NCBI GenBank assembly: GCA_965199705.1
Contig: OZ241359.1
Coordinates: 1,183,584-1,247,583 of the forward strand
Origin: Pseudomonadales bacterium
GTDB lineage: Bacteria; Pseudomonadota; Gammaproteobacteria; Pseudomonadales; Azotimanducaceae
DNA length: 64,000 nt
Direction: 5' to 3'
Program-made: the position numbers and the translations under genes
Notes under the pieces: generated by a model
What the model saw: only the letters and a program-made list of their open reading frames with translations
What the model was told of the DNA's origin: nothing
Databases searched by the model: none
In this document: in pieces, positions 19,865 to 29,059 of the stretch
Layout: the number at the start of each line of letters is the position of its first letter
Position numbering within the stretch: position 1 is the first letter of the stretch

Positions 19865-19887
19865 AAATATGATCTACTGCAAATATA
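19865..19887. promoter_or_regulatory. operator-like motif in the divergent GST / acyl-CoA synthetase promoter region
   Basis: AAATATGATCTACTGCAAATATA shares its first 9 and last 7 nt, at identical spacing, with 12952-12974. It sits in a ~100-bp AT-rich gap containing TATAAT-like hexamers. Confidence 0.25.
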
Positions 19888-19916
19888 ATCGTCGCTGATG
19901 CTCAGGGGGAAGCCAG

Positions 19917-21770
19917 ATGCAATTTACGTGTCTTGCAGATGTGGAAGCGTTCGAAGCGGTACCCAGCGCTGAGCGTTGGCGAGGGGAGAATACTTACGAC
20001 CTGATTGCAAAAACCGCGCAGCGTCAGCCCGACGCGCTCGCGTTGAAGTACCAGTTCACCGCTGCGATAGACGAGGGCCCTCTGGAAGTGTCGTATGCGG
20101 CTTTCCTGAGCAGGATTCACCGGACCGCTAATGCGCTTTATCAGGCAGATGTCACAGTGGGTGGGGTGACATCGGTGGTGATGCCGAATCTACTGGAAAC
20201 ACACTACGCGCTGTGGGGCGCACAGGCACTGGGGATTGTCAGTCCCATCAACCACATGCTGGCCGCGGACGCCCTCAAGGAAATCCTGGTTGAGTCTGAA
20301 GCGGAAGCCATTGTCGTGCTCGGACCTACCCCGGGGGAAGATATGTGGGAAAAGGTGGCTGGTATTGCCGACCAGATTCCTACGTTGAAAGTGATCCTGC
20401 AGGTCAACTTGGAAAAGGCGGATGATGGGCCTCAAGAAATCGGTGGCGTGCCCGTTGTCGACTTCAATGAGGCACTCGACGATGCTGAGGCGACCCATCT
20501 TGTCTTCGATCGCGCCATTCTTCCCTCTGATGTCGCGTCCTACTTCCATACCGGCGGCACCACGGGGACGCCTAAGTTAGCGCAGTTGACGCATGCCAAT
20601 CAGGTCCACGTTGCCTCCATGATGGCGGACTATCGCTCTATGGATGTGAACACGGCGACGTTCGGTGGCCTGCCGTTGTTCCATGTGAATGCCTTCTTTA
20701 ATGCGGGCCTCACGATCTTCGCGGCTGGTGGTCATGTGATCTATCTCACGCGCGCGGGTTTTCGTAACAAGAAAGTAATAGCGAACTATTGGCAGCTGGT
20801 AGAAAAGTACAGGCCATCGTTTCTTATGACCGTGCCGACCATGGTTTCGAGCCTGCTTGATTCCCTGCAGTCGGACACCGACTTGAGTTCGATTGAGTAC
20901 TTCGTTTGTGGAGCTGCACCCATTTCACCAGAATTGTTTCGTCGCTATATGGACATGACTGGCGTCAACATCATTGAGGCGTATGGCTTGACGGAAGGGA
21001 CGGTGACGAGCTCAGCGAACCCTCAGCATGGAGAGAAGAAGGTGGGCTCCATTGGCATTCGCACCCCTTATCAGCAAATGAAATGTGTTGTCCTCGACGA
21101 GGAAGGAGGATACATCCGGGATTGTGATGCCGATGAGCCGGGTGTGATCGTGATTCGAGGGCCAAACGTGTTCAAAGGTTACAAACAAGCCGATAAGAAC
21201 GTTGGTAGCTTCATTGAGGATTGGTTTGTCACCGGTGACCTGGCTCGACAGGACGAAGATGGATACTTCTGGATGACAGGCCGGGCCAAGGATCTGATAA
21301 TCCGGGGCGGGCACAATATCGACCCGAAGATTATCGAAGACACATTTGCTGAGCATCCTGCCGTCGGTTTAGCCGCAGCTGTTGGTCAGCCTGATAGCTA
21401 CGCTGGTGAACTGCCTTGTTTGTACCTGACGTTAGCTGAAGGCGTTTCGGAGGTTGATCTGGAAGATCTGGTTCAATATGGACGAGACAACATTGCGGAA
21501 CGCGCAGCGAATCCAGTTTCGATTGAGGTGTTGCAAGAAATGCCGCTAACAGCGGTAGGTAAGATATTTAAACCGACGCTAAGGGAGTGCGCGACCGAGC
21601 GCGTTGTATCGGAAACGCTGAAGGATGTGGCTCCAGACGCGGGAGTAAGGGTGACCACAGATCCAACCAAGGGTCTCGTAGCGACTGTTTCTTTAGGGGG
21701 CGAGAATACCAAACGGGATCGTGTTCAAAAAGCGTTGGCTGAATTCACTTTTGCTTGCGAAATTGTCTGA
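19917..21770 (+). CDS. acyl-CoA synthetase (AMP-forming, ANL superfamily)
   Basis: 617-aa ORF. AMP-binding motif YFHTGGTTGTPKLAQLTH, plus YGLTEG and GDLARQDEDGYFWMTGRAKDLIIRGGHNI motifs. Confidence 0.85.
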   Translation: MQFTCLADVEAFEAVPSAERWRGENTYDLIAKTAQRQPDALALKYQFTAAIDEGPLEVSYAAFLSRIHRTANALYQADVTVGGVTSVVMPNLLETHYALWGAQALGIVSPINHMLAADALKEILVESEAEAIVVLGPTPGEDMWEKVAGIADQIPTLKVILQVNLEKADDGPQEIGGVPVVDFNEALDDAEATHLVFDRAILPSDVASYFHTGGTTGTPKLAQLTHANQVHVASMMADYRSMDVNTATFGGLPLFHVNAFFNAGLTIFAAGGHVIYLTRAGFRNKKVIANYWQLVEKYRPSFLMTVPTMVSSLLDSLQSDTDLSSIEYFVCGAAPISPELFRRYMDMTGVNIIEAYGLTEGTVTSSANPQHGEKKVGSIGIRTPYQQMKCVVLDEEGGYIRDCDADEPGVIVIRGPNVFKGYKQADKNVGSFIEDWFVTGDLARQDEDGYFWMTGRAKDLIIRGGHNIDPKIIEDTFAEHPAVGLAAAVGQPDSYAGELPCLYLTLAEGVSEVDLEDLVQYGRDNIAERAANPVSIEVLQEMPLTAVGKIFKPTLRECATERVVSETLKDVAPDAGVRVTTDPTKGLVATVSLGGENTKRDRVQKALAEFTFACEIV

Positions 21771-21854
21771 GTTTGGCTGGTTGGTTTTTTTTGGAATACG
21801 GATATCGTCACAAACTTAATGGGTAACTACTCGCACCCTCGCGCCGTTGGTTGA

Positions 21855-22050
21855 CTCTGGAGGGCGGGTTTCGCATGCGGCAGCACCTATCAACGACCTC
21901 ATGTTTCCATCTTGCTCGACCGATTGGCCGAGCCGCCACATAGCATCATCTCGGTAATCGGGCCGCGCCAGACAGGCAAGACCACCATCGTGCGGCAAGC
22001 GCTGGACAAGATTGATTGGCCAGTCCGTTATGTGGCAACTGACAGATCGG
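21855..22050 (+). pseudogene. AAA+ ATPase (AAA_14/DUF4143-type) N-terminal stub
   Basis: In-frame YQRPHVSILLDRLAEPPHSIISVIGPRQTGKTTIVRQALDKIDWPVRYVATD with the Walker A motif GPRQTGKTT. There is no ATG, and the similarity ends after ~60 codons at the compositional junction. Confidence 0.45.
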
Positions 22051-22176
22051 GTCCGAGTGAAATTGAGCCACTCAACCAATCCGATGCCATTCCACCACCG
22101 GGGGCGTCCCGAAGACGGCGGCGTACTGTTCGAGGGCGTTGAGCAATTCGCCGGCTACAGCGCTTCCGAACCAGGA

Positions 22177-23079
22177 TCAATCCCCAACCCAATCCCGCAG
22201 CAGATGATGGGCGATGGCCATTGGCCCGGGCGCTTTCAGCCGGGGGTGTGTCTGCGCCAGCACAGCGACCACCTCGCTGCGCTCGAACCAGCGCACGTCG
22301 GCCAGCTCTTCGTTGTCGATGTGGATTTCCACGGTCTCGGCCCGGCCGCGGCAGCCGATCATGAGCGATGACGGAAAGGGCCAGGGTTGCGAGGAGTGGT
22401 AGCGCACCTCGCCCACTTCGATACCCGCTTCCTCGCGCACCTCGCGTCTGACTGCCTCTTCGATGGATTCGCCCTGATCCATGAAGCCGGCCAGCGCCGA
22501 ATACATGCCCATGCGCACCAGCGGGCCGTGCGGCTGCCCGAGCAGGCAGCGCTCGCCATCGTCGATCAGCATGATGACCACCGGGTCCGTGCGCGGAAAG
22601 TGCTCAGCCTTGCAGGCGTTGCAGGTGCGCACCAGGCCACCTCGCCCAGGTTCGGTGGGCTGGCCGCAGACGCTGCAGTAGCGATGCCGCTCATGCCAGC
22701 CGAGTTGCGCCCGCGCCTGGGCAACGATGCCGGTATCCGGTCCGGGCAGGCGCATCGCGGCCATCCGGCAATCATCGAATTGCCAGCTGCCGCCAAACTG
22801 TTTCGGGTCAAGTGATGCGGGCGCAGCCGCGGCAAAGTGCGCGATCGCATCGGCCAGGCCGAGCAGAATCGGGGGTTCCCGGGGTTCTTCCAGGCCGCCG
22901 ACCGCTTCGATTTCCGCCAGCGACAACCATCCGAGGCCGGCGCCGTCGAGCAATACCCTGAGATCCGAGAACAGCAGGAAACGGCTGCTGAAGTGGTTGG
23001 CCGCACGGCTGATCCAGTCTGGATCCCGGCGCTGTGCATCGGCGCGGTCCAGAGGATTGCCGCTGAATGTATGAATCAT
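22177..23079 (-). CDS. nudC: NAD(+) diphosphatase (NADH pyrophosphatase)
   Basis: 300-aa ORF. Zinc ribbon CSVCGQPTEP...CNACKAEHFPRTDP followed by the Nudix box GFMDQGESIEEAVRREVREEAGIEV. Confidence 0.85.
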   Translation of the reverse strand: MIHTFSGNPLDRADAQRRDPDWISRAANHFSSRFLLFSDLRVLLDGAGLGWLSLAEIEAVGGLEEPREPPILLGLADAIAHFAAAAPASLDPKQFGGSWQFDDCRMAAMRLPGPDTGIVAQARAQLGWHERHRYCSVCGQPTEPGRGGLVRTCNACKAEHFPRTDPVVIMLIDDGERCLLGQPHGPLVRMGMYSALAGFMDQGESIEEAVRREVREEAGIEVGEVRYHSSQPWPFPSSLMIGCRGRAETVEIHIDNEELADVRWFERSEVVAVLAQTHPRLKAPGPMAIAHHLLRDWVGD

Positions 23080-23200
23080 GGCGGTATGATAGCAGGCAGC
23101 GGCGCGGCGCCACCGCTCGGCCAGGTGCTGGCAAGGCGCAAGGGCTTGTTATCGAGTCCGTATGCCATAGAATCTTCAAAACCCGGACGTGGAGGCGTGG

Positions 23201-24490
23201 ATGATGGATGCGGGGACAATCCAACAGTTGCGGGATCTCATGGAGTACGAGGCAGCCCGTCAGGCGCCGCCGGCGGCGTTTCCGGTGCTGCCGGACATTC
23301 CCGGCGGACGCTATACGGACCCGCGCTTCCATGAACTGGAACAGGAATACATCTGGCGCCGTAGCTGGCTTCTGGCCAGCCACGTCGACGAAGTGCCCGA
23401 ACCCGGTTGCTTCCGGCTCTGGGAGAACGCCGGCCAGCCAGTGCTGATCGTGCATGCCGAAAGCGGTGACATCAACGCCTTCTACAACACCTGCAGTCAC
23501 CGCGGCGCGCCCATCGTCACACAAACGTTCGGCAAGCGCCGGCGACTGGTTTGTCGCTACCACGGCTGGACTTACAGCCACGATGGCGACCTGCTGGCGA
23601 TTCGGGACCCGGAAGACTTTCGCGGCCTGGATTTCTCCTGCCGCGGGTTGCAACGCATCCGCTGCGAACGCTTCGGCAACCTGATCTTCGTCAACTTCGA
23701 CCCGGATGCGCCCAGCCTGCTCGAATGGCTCGGCCCGATTGCCGACGAATGGGCAGAATTCCAGTTCGATCAATGCCGCCTGGCGGCCCGTCACATCTTC
23801 GATCTGAATTGCAACTGGAAGGTAGCCATGGAGGCCAACACCGAGGTCTATCACGTGCGCAGCATTCATCCGAAGACGGTTGCGCCGATGCTGGATGACA
23901 GGCGCAACGTCAACACCCTGTATCCGAACGGGCACGGGCGCATGATCGCGCCGCCGCCACAGTCGCACACCGGCGAGCGGCGCTCATCCGGTTTCGGGGA
24001 TTCACCGCTTGCGGAGATTTCGACGGCGGGCGAAATCGCGCGCACCTGCACGCAGAGCTACGGCATCTTTCCCAACTGGGTGTCGCCACTGAGCCAGTTT
24101 GCGGTGCCGCCGCTCCTGTTCTGGCCGAACGGCATCAACAAGTGCCGGTTGGAAACCTGGACCACGGCGCCGGATTGGGGCGACAACCCGAAGCCGGACC
24201 TGTGGACTGATAACGACGGCGAACGGCTCAGCCAGGTGCTGACCGAAGACACCGAGTTCGGCGAGTGGATTCAGAAGTCACTGGAATCGCATGGGTTTCG
24301 TGGTGTGCCACTGAGCTACCAGGAGGCGCGCATCTATCATTGGAATCAGGCAGCCGACCGCATGATCGGCGTGCAACGGATTCCGCCCGAGCTGCGCGTG
24401 GCGCAGGTGATCGGCGATGAGTGGATCTACCCCAACGACCCGCGCCTGGAGGAGATGGCCAGCCTGGAATCGCGCCGCAAGTCAGCCTGA
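23201..24490 (+). CDS. Rieske [2Fe-2S] aromatic-ring-hydroxylating oxygenase, alpha subunit
   Basis: ORF 23189..24490. ATG 23201 follows GGAGG (23191-23195). Rieske ligands CSHRGAPIV...CRYHGWTY. The mononuclear-iron region has EVYHVRSIHP. Confidence 0.85.
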   Translation: MMDAGTIQQLRDLMEYEAARQAPPAAFPVLPDIPGGRYTDPRFHELEQEYIWRRSWLLASHVDEVPEPGCFRLWENAGQPVLIVHAESGDINAFYNTCSHRGAPIVTQTFGKRRRLVCRYHGWTYSHDGDLLAIRDPEDFRGLDFSCRGLQRIRCERFGNLIFVNFDPDAPSLLEWLGPIADEWAEFQFDQCRLAARHIFDLNCNWKVAMEANTEVYHVRSIHPKTVAPMLDDRRNVNTLYPNGHGRMIAPPPQSHTGERRSSGFGDSPLAEISTAGEIARTCTQSYGIFPNWVSPLSQFAVPPLLFWPNGINKCRLETWTTAPDWGDNPKPDLWTDNDGERLSQVLTEDTEFGEWIQKSLESHGFRGVPLSYQEARIYHWNQAADRMIGVQRIPPELRVAQVIGDEWIYPNDPRLEEMASLESRRKSA

Positions 24491-26118
24491 ATAAAGCGCG
24501 CGCCCTGTTCGGCGATCATCACTGTTGGCGCGTTGGTGTTGCCGGAGGTGATGTGCGGCATGATCGACGCATCAATCACGCGCAACCTGCGAATGCCGCG
24601 CACGCGCAGGCGGTCGTCCACCACCGCCATGGGGTCCAGCCCCATCTTGCAGGTGCCCACGGCATGAAAGATGGTGGTTCCGAGCGCTTGCGCCGCCAGC
24701 ATCAGGTCCGCATCGCTGGTGGCTTCCGGCCCCGGTTTCAGTTCAGTCGGTGAAAATCTCGCCAGTGCTTGGGCCGCCATGATCCGGCGGGTATAGCGCA
24801 GGCCGGCAACCGCTACGCGACGGTCTGCTTCGGTGGCGAGGTAGTTGGGGCGAATCAGCGGCGCCCGATCCGGGCTCGGGTGCGACAGCCGCACATGGCC
24901 CCGGCTGGTGGGGCGCAAATTGCACACAGACGGCGTGATGGCGTTGAAGGGGTGCAATGGCTGGCCGAAAGCGTCAAGCGAAAGCGGTTGTACATGCCAT
25001 TGCAGATTCGCCGCTGGCTGCTCCGCATCGCTGGCGGCAAAGGCGCCAAGCTGCGAGGGCGGCATGGTCAGCGGGCCGGTGCGCCGCAGCAGATACTCGA
25101 TGGCCATTGCCGCCTTGCCGAACAGGCTGCCGGCGCGCTGGTTCAATGTGCGCGTATTGTGCACGCGCCATATGCTGCGAATCTGCAAGTGGTCGTGCAG
25201 GTTCTCGCCGACGCCTGGCACGTCCAGTACCAGCGGCACGCCATGTTCGGCGAGCAGGGCGCCTGGCCCGACGCCGGAGCGTTGCAGCAGGTGTGGCGAG
25301 CCGATGGCGCCGGCCGCCAGCAGCACTTCCCGGCGCGCCCGGAGGCGAAGCCGGCCAGACGGCGTGCGCACGCGCAAGCCCCGGGCCTCTCTGTCCTTGA
25401 AGTCGATGTGCTCCACCAGCGAATCGGTCATGATCGTCAGGTTCGGTCGCTGCCGCACCGGGTCCAGAAAGGCGCGCACGGCGCTGCAACGCCGGCCGCG
25501 ACGCTGGGTCATCTGAAAGTAGGCGCAGCCGGAATTGTCGCCGCGATTGAATTCGTCGATCGGGGCGATGCCGCACTCGGCGGCAGCCGCTCGCCAGGCG
25601 TCGAGAATTTCCCAGTCCACCCGTCGCTCTTCCACTCGCAACTCGCCGCCCTCGCCGTGCCAGGCGTTGGCGCCGTGCTGATAGTCTTCCGAGCGCTTGA
25701 AGACTGGCAGCACCTCGTCCCAGGACCAGCCGCGATTACCCAGTTGTCGCCAGTGGTCGTAATCACCGCGCTGGCCGCGCATGTAGATCATGGCGTTGAT
25801 GGATGAGCATCCGCCGAGTACCTTGCCTCGGGCGTAGGCAATGCTGCGCCCGCCCAAGCCAGGTTCTGCTTGCGTGTTGTAGCACCAGTCGGTGCGCGGG
25901 TTACCGATGGTGTAGAGGTAGCCGGCTGGAATGGGTATCCAGAAGTAGTTGTCGCGACCGCCAGCCTCGATCAGCAGCACTTGCGTGCTGGGGTCGGCTG
26001 ACAACCGATTGGCCAGCACGCAGCCAGCCGTGCCGGCGCCGACTATCAGATAGTCATAGCTGCGGTCGGCGCTTGTTGATGGCGTCTGCATTCCTGCCGA
26101 CTCTGCGGTTGATTCCAT
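24427..26118 (-). CDS. GMC family oxidoreductase (choline dehydrogenase-like)
   Basis: ORF 24427..26154; ATG 26118 is likely. YDYLIVGAGTAGCVLANRLSADPSTQVLLIEAGG FAD fold, and the C-terminal HAVGTCKMG / IMPHITSGNTNAPTVMIAE GMC signatures. Confidence 0.85.
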   Translation of the reverse strand: MESTAESAGMQTPSTSADRSYDYLIVGAGTAGCVLANRLSADPSTQVLLIEAGGRDNYFWIPIPAGYLYTIGNPRTDWCYNTQAEPGLGGRSIAYARGKVLGGCSSINAMIYMRGQRGDYDHWRQLGNRGWSWDEVLPVFKRSEDYQHGANAWHGEGGELRVEERRVDWEILDAWRAAAAECGIAPIDEFNRGDNSGCAYFQMTQRRGRRCSAVRAFLDPVRQRPNLTIMTDSLVEHIDFKDREARGLRVRTPSGRLRLRARREVLLAAGAIGSPHLLQRSGVGPGALLAEHGVPLVLDVPGVGENLHDHLQIRSIWRVHNTRTLNQRAGSLFGKAAMAIEYLLRRTGPLTMPPSQLGAFAASDAEQPAANLQWHVQPLSLDAFGQPLHPFNAITPSVCNLRPTSRGHVRLSHPSPDRAPLIRPNYLATEADRRVAVAGLRYTRRIMAAQALARFSPTELKPGPEATSDADLMLAAQALGTTIFHAVGTCKMGLDPMAVVDDRLRVRGIRRLRVIDASIMPHITSGNTNAPTVMIAEQGARFIQADLRRDSRLAISSRRGSLG

Positions 26119-26199
26119 GCTTGTTCCATTCTGCGCCACGGGCCTGCTCGGCACAGGTTACAATGGCAGATCAGTTCGCACTCCCGAGAGCGCGCCGCC

Positions 26200-28065
26200 G
26201 TGTCCAAACCCGCTCCCGTCAGGGCCAGCCATGTCGTGCGTTTCGCCGGAGATTCCGGCGACGGCATCCAGTTGCAGGGGCAGCAATTTACCACCGCGTC
26301 TGCCCTGGCTGGGCACGATCTGGCCACCTTGCCCGACTTTCCGGCGGAAATCCGTGCGCCCGCCGGCACCCGGTTCGGCGTTTCTGCCTTTCAGATTCAA
26401 TTCGGCTCGGATGCGATCACGACGCCGGGCGATGCACCGGATGTGCTTCTGGCGTTCAATCCGGCTGCGCTGGTGGTCAACTTGCCGCACCTGGCGCCCG
26501 GGGCGCTGATTATCGTCGATGACAGCGCCTTTACCCGGCAACGTCTGAAGCGCGCGGAACTGGACGCCAATCCTCTGGAAGATGGCAGCCTGGCGGACTA
26601 CCAGGTCTGCCGGATCGACATTGCGCGCCTCACGCTTGAGGCCGTCAAGCCATTTGGCCTCGGGGTCAAGGACGCCGGGCGCTGCAAGAACTTCTGGGCG
26701 CTTGGCCTCGTGCTCTGGATTTTCGACCAGCCGCGCAGCGCCTCAGAGGCCTGGATCAAGCGCCGGTTTGCTGGCAACGAAGCCCTGGCTGGCGCCAATC
26801 TGGCGGCTCTGAATGCGGGCCACACCTATGGCGAGGTGGTGGAGCAACAGCATTTCATTCGCCAGCAACCGCTGGCCGAAGCGTCCCTGGCCGATGCCGA
26901 GTACCGCACCATCACCGGCGCCGAGGCATTGGCCCTTGGCCTGGTTGCAGCCGGCGAACGGGCGGATGTTGAACTGCTGTTCTGTTCCTATCCAATCACC
27001 CCGGCTTCGGCCGTGCTGCATCATCTCAGCGGGCTGGAGGAGGCCGGTGTCGCCTGCTTCCAGGCGGAAGACGAGATTGCCGCCGTCTGTGCCGCCATCG
27101 GCGCGTCCTACGCCGGCAGGCTGGGGGTAACTTCCAGTTCCGGGCCAGGGATTGCACTGAAAACGGAAGCCCTGGGGCTTGCGGTTGCGGCCGAATTGCC
27201 GTTGCTGGTCATCAACTCCCAGCGTGCCGGGCCGTCCACTGGCATGCCCACCAAAACCGAACAAAGCGATCTCTATCAGGCGGTCTATGGCCGTAATGCC
27301 GACACCCCGTTGCCGGTGGTGGCCGCGAGTTCTCCCTCGAATTGCTTTGACGCAGCCATCGAAGCGGCACGCATAGCATTGTGTCACATGACGCCGGTGA
27401 TCCTGCTCACCGACGGCTACATCGCCAATGCCTCCGAACTCTGGGAAATTCCGGACGTAGAAGCACTTGCGCCGATCCGCTGTCATCTGCCAGGCCCCGC
27501 AACCACTGCCGATGCGGTCTGGCAGCGGGACCCGGCCACCCTTGCGAGGCTCTGGGCAACCCCGGGCCATGCCGGCGCCGTGCATCGGGTCGGGGGTCTG
27601 GAACGAGATATTGACACCGGCCATATCTCCTACGATCCGGACAATCATCAGGCAATGACGGACCTGCGTCGGCGCAAGGTGGCTTCGGTTGCCGATTTCA
27701 CGCCTGAACAACGGCTGGAGCAGGGTTCCGCCAGCGGCCTTGCGGTGGTGACCTGGGGCTCTACCTGGGGCGTTGCCTGGCAGGCGGTGCAATCGAGCCT
27801 GCGTCTCGGGCGCGCAGTTGCCCATATCCAGTTGCGGCAGATCAATCCCTTGCCAGCAAACCTGGGGGCGCTGCTGGCCGCATACGATCAGGTGCTGGTG
27901 CCGGAACTCAACAATGGCCAGCTTGCCACCTTGCTGCGCGATCGGCTGCTGCTGGACGTGCGCCAGCTCAACAAGGTCTCCGGGCAGCCGTTCACGGTAG
28001 CCGAGCTGCAAGCGGCCATCGTCGAGCTGGCGCCGCGCCAATTGGATGATGTGGCGCATGGCTGA
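26200..28065 (+). CDS. korA: 2-oxoacid:acceptor (ferredoxin) oxidoreductase subunit alpha
   Basis: 621-aa ORF. VRFAGDSGDGIQLQGQQFT...LPDFPAEIRAPAGT N-terminus typical of the fused gamma/alpha Kor subunit. Its stop overlaps the start of the beta subunit. Confidence 0.8.
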   Translation: MSKPAPVRASHVVRFAGDSGDGIQLQGQQFTTASALAGHDLATLPDFPAEIRAPAGTRFGVSAFQIQFGSDAITTPGDAPDVLLAFNPAALVVNLPHLAPGALIIVDDSAFTRQRLKRAELDANPLEDGSLADYQVCRIDIARLTLEAVKPFGLGVKDAGRCKNFWALGLVLWIFDQPRSASEAWIKRRFAGNEALAGANLAALNAGHTYGEVVEQQHFIRQQPLAEASLADAEYRTITGAEALALGLVAAGERADVELLFCSYPITPASAVLHHLSGLEEAGVACFQAEDEIAAVCAAIGASYAGRLGVTSSSGPGIALKTEALGLAVAAELPLLVINSQRAGPSTGMPTKTEQSDLYQAVYGRNADTPLPVVAASSPSNCFDAAIEAARIALCHMTPVILLTDGYIANASELWEIPDVEALAPIRCHLPGPATTADAVWQRDPATLARLWATPGHAGAVHRVGGLERDIDTGHISYDPDNHQAMTDLRRRKVASVADFTPEQRLEQGSASGLAVVTWGSTWGVAWQAVQSSLRLGRAVAHIQLRQINPLPANLGALLAAYDQVLVPELNNGQLATLLRDRLLLDVRQLNKVSGQPFTVAELQAAIVELAPRQLDDVAHG

Positions 28066-29059
28066 TCCGGCATTCAAGCGTTTTGCCACCGACCAGGAAG
28101 TGCGCTGGTGTCCTGGCTGTGGCGACTACGCCATTCTCAAGTCGGTACAGCGCACCCTGGCGGAGCTCGGCGCCCTGCCGGAGCAGACGGTATTCGTATC
28201 CGGCATAGGCTGCGCTTCGCGGCTGCCCTACTACATCGAATCCTACGGCTTTCATACCATCCACGGGCGCGCGCCGGCGGTCGCCACAGGCGTCAAGCTG
28301 GCCAACCCGGCGCTGGACGTCTGGGTCATCACCGGCGACGGCGATGGGCTTTCCATTGGCGGCAATCACCTGCTGCATGCGCTCCGGCGCAATGTGAATC
28401 TAAATATTCTGTTGTTCAACAATGAGATATATGGTCTGACGAAGGGCCAATACTCGCCCACTTCACGGCCTGGCACGCGCAGCCCGTCAAGCCCGCGCGG
28501 TTCGGTGGACAGCCCTGTGTCGCCAGGCGCCTTTGCAGTCGGCGCCGGCGCCGGTTTCATTGCTCGCGGCATAGACACGGATCAGAAGGGGTTGCCGGGC
28601 ATCCTTGCTGCTGCCCGCAATCATCCGGGCGCTGCCTTCGTGGAAATCCTGCAGAACTGTATCGTCTATAACAAGGACGTATTCGATGCGGTAGTCAATC
28701 GCAAGACGGCTGCCGAAACCCAGTTGCATGTGCGCCACGGCGAACCCTTGCGCTTCGGGGTGGATGGCGCCAGGGGCATTCGTCTGAACGCCGAGAAGCT
28801 GACGCTCGAAGCGGTATCCGTAGCCGACGCGGGCGAGCATGCGATCCTTGTGCACGATGAGACCAACCCGACCCTGGCGCAGATGCTGCTTGGCCTGGAG
28901 CCGCCGATGCCGGTTGCCTTCGGGGTGATCCATCGCAAGGGCCGGCCGGCGTTTGAAGAGGCCTTCTGGCAAGCCAGATCGGGCGGACGCCGACAGAAGA
29001 TCCAGAACCTGTTGCGCCAGGGGAACCTCCTGGTCCGGACATCGCGCCAGGGGCCGTGA
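28058..29059 (+). CDS. korB: 2-oxoacid:ferredoxin oxidoreductase subunit beta (TPP-binding)
   Basis: ORF 28046..29059. ATG 28058 overlaps the korA stop (ATGGCTGA). WCPGCGDYAILKSV, GIGCASRLPYY and the GDGDGLSIGGNH TPP motif. Confidence 0.85.
   Translation: MADPAFKRFATDQEVRWCPGCGDYAILKSVQRTLAELGALPEQTVFVSGIGCASRLPYYIESYGFHTIHGRAPAVATGVKLANPALDVWVITGDGDGLSIGGNHLLHALRRNVNLNILLFNNEIYGLTKGQYSPTSRPGTRSPSSPRGSVDSPVSPGAFAVGAGAGFIARGIDTDQKGLPGILAAARNHPGAAFVEILQNCIVYNKDVFDAVVNRKTAAETQLHVRHGEPLRFGVDGARGIRLNAEKLTLEAVSVADAGEHAILVHDETNPTLAQMLLGLEPPMPVAFGVIHRKGRPAFEEAFWQARSGGRRQKIQNLLRQGNLLVRTSRQGP

Noticed and set aside
21785-21792. T(8) run after the acyl-CoA synthetase stop as a Rho-independent terminator
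   Set aside because: I could not find a GC-rich stem immediately upstream of the T-run.
26743-28089. Long antisense ORFs opposite real genes in the high-GC part (for example 26743..28089, 22808..23968, 24769..25806, 31520..32761, 33713..35182, 35207..36109, 40210..41349, 54447..55940, 51860..53035)
   Set aside because: All are opposite ORFs with clear family motifs. All have Arg/Gly/Pro/His-dominated composition and lack motifs or RBSs. Such ORFs are an expected stop-codon-depletion artefact at ~65% GC.
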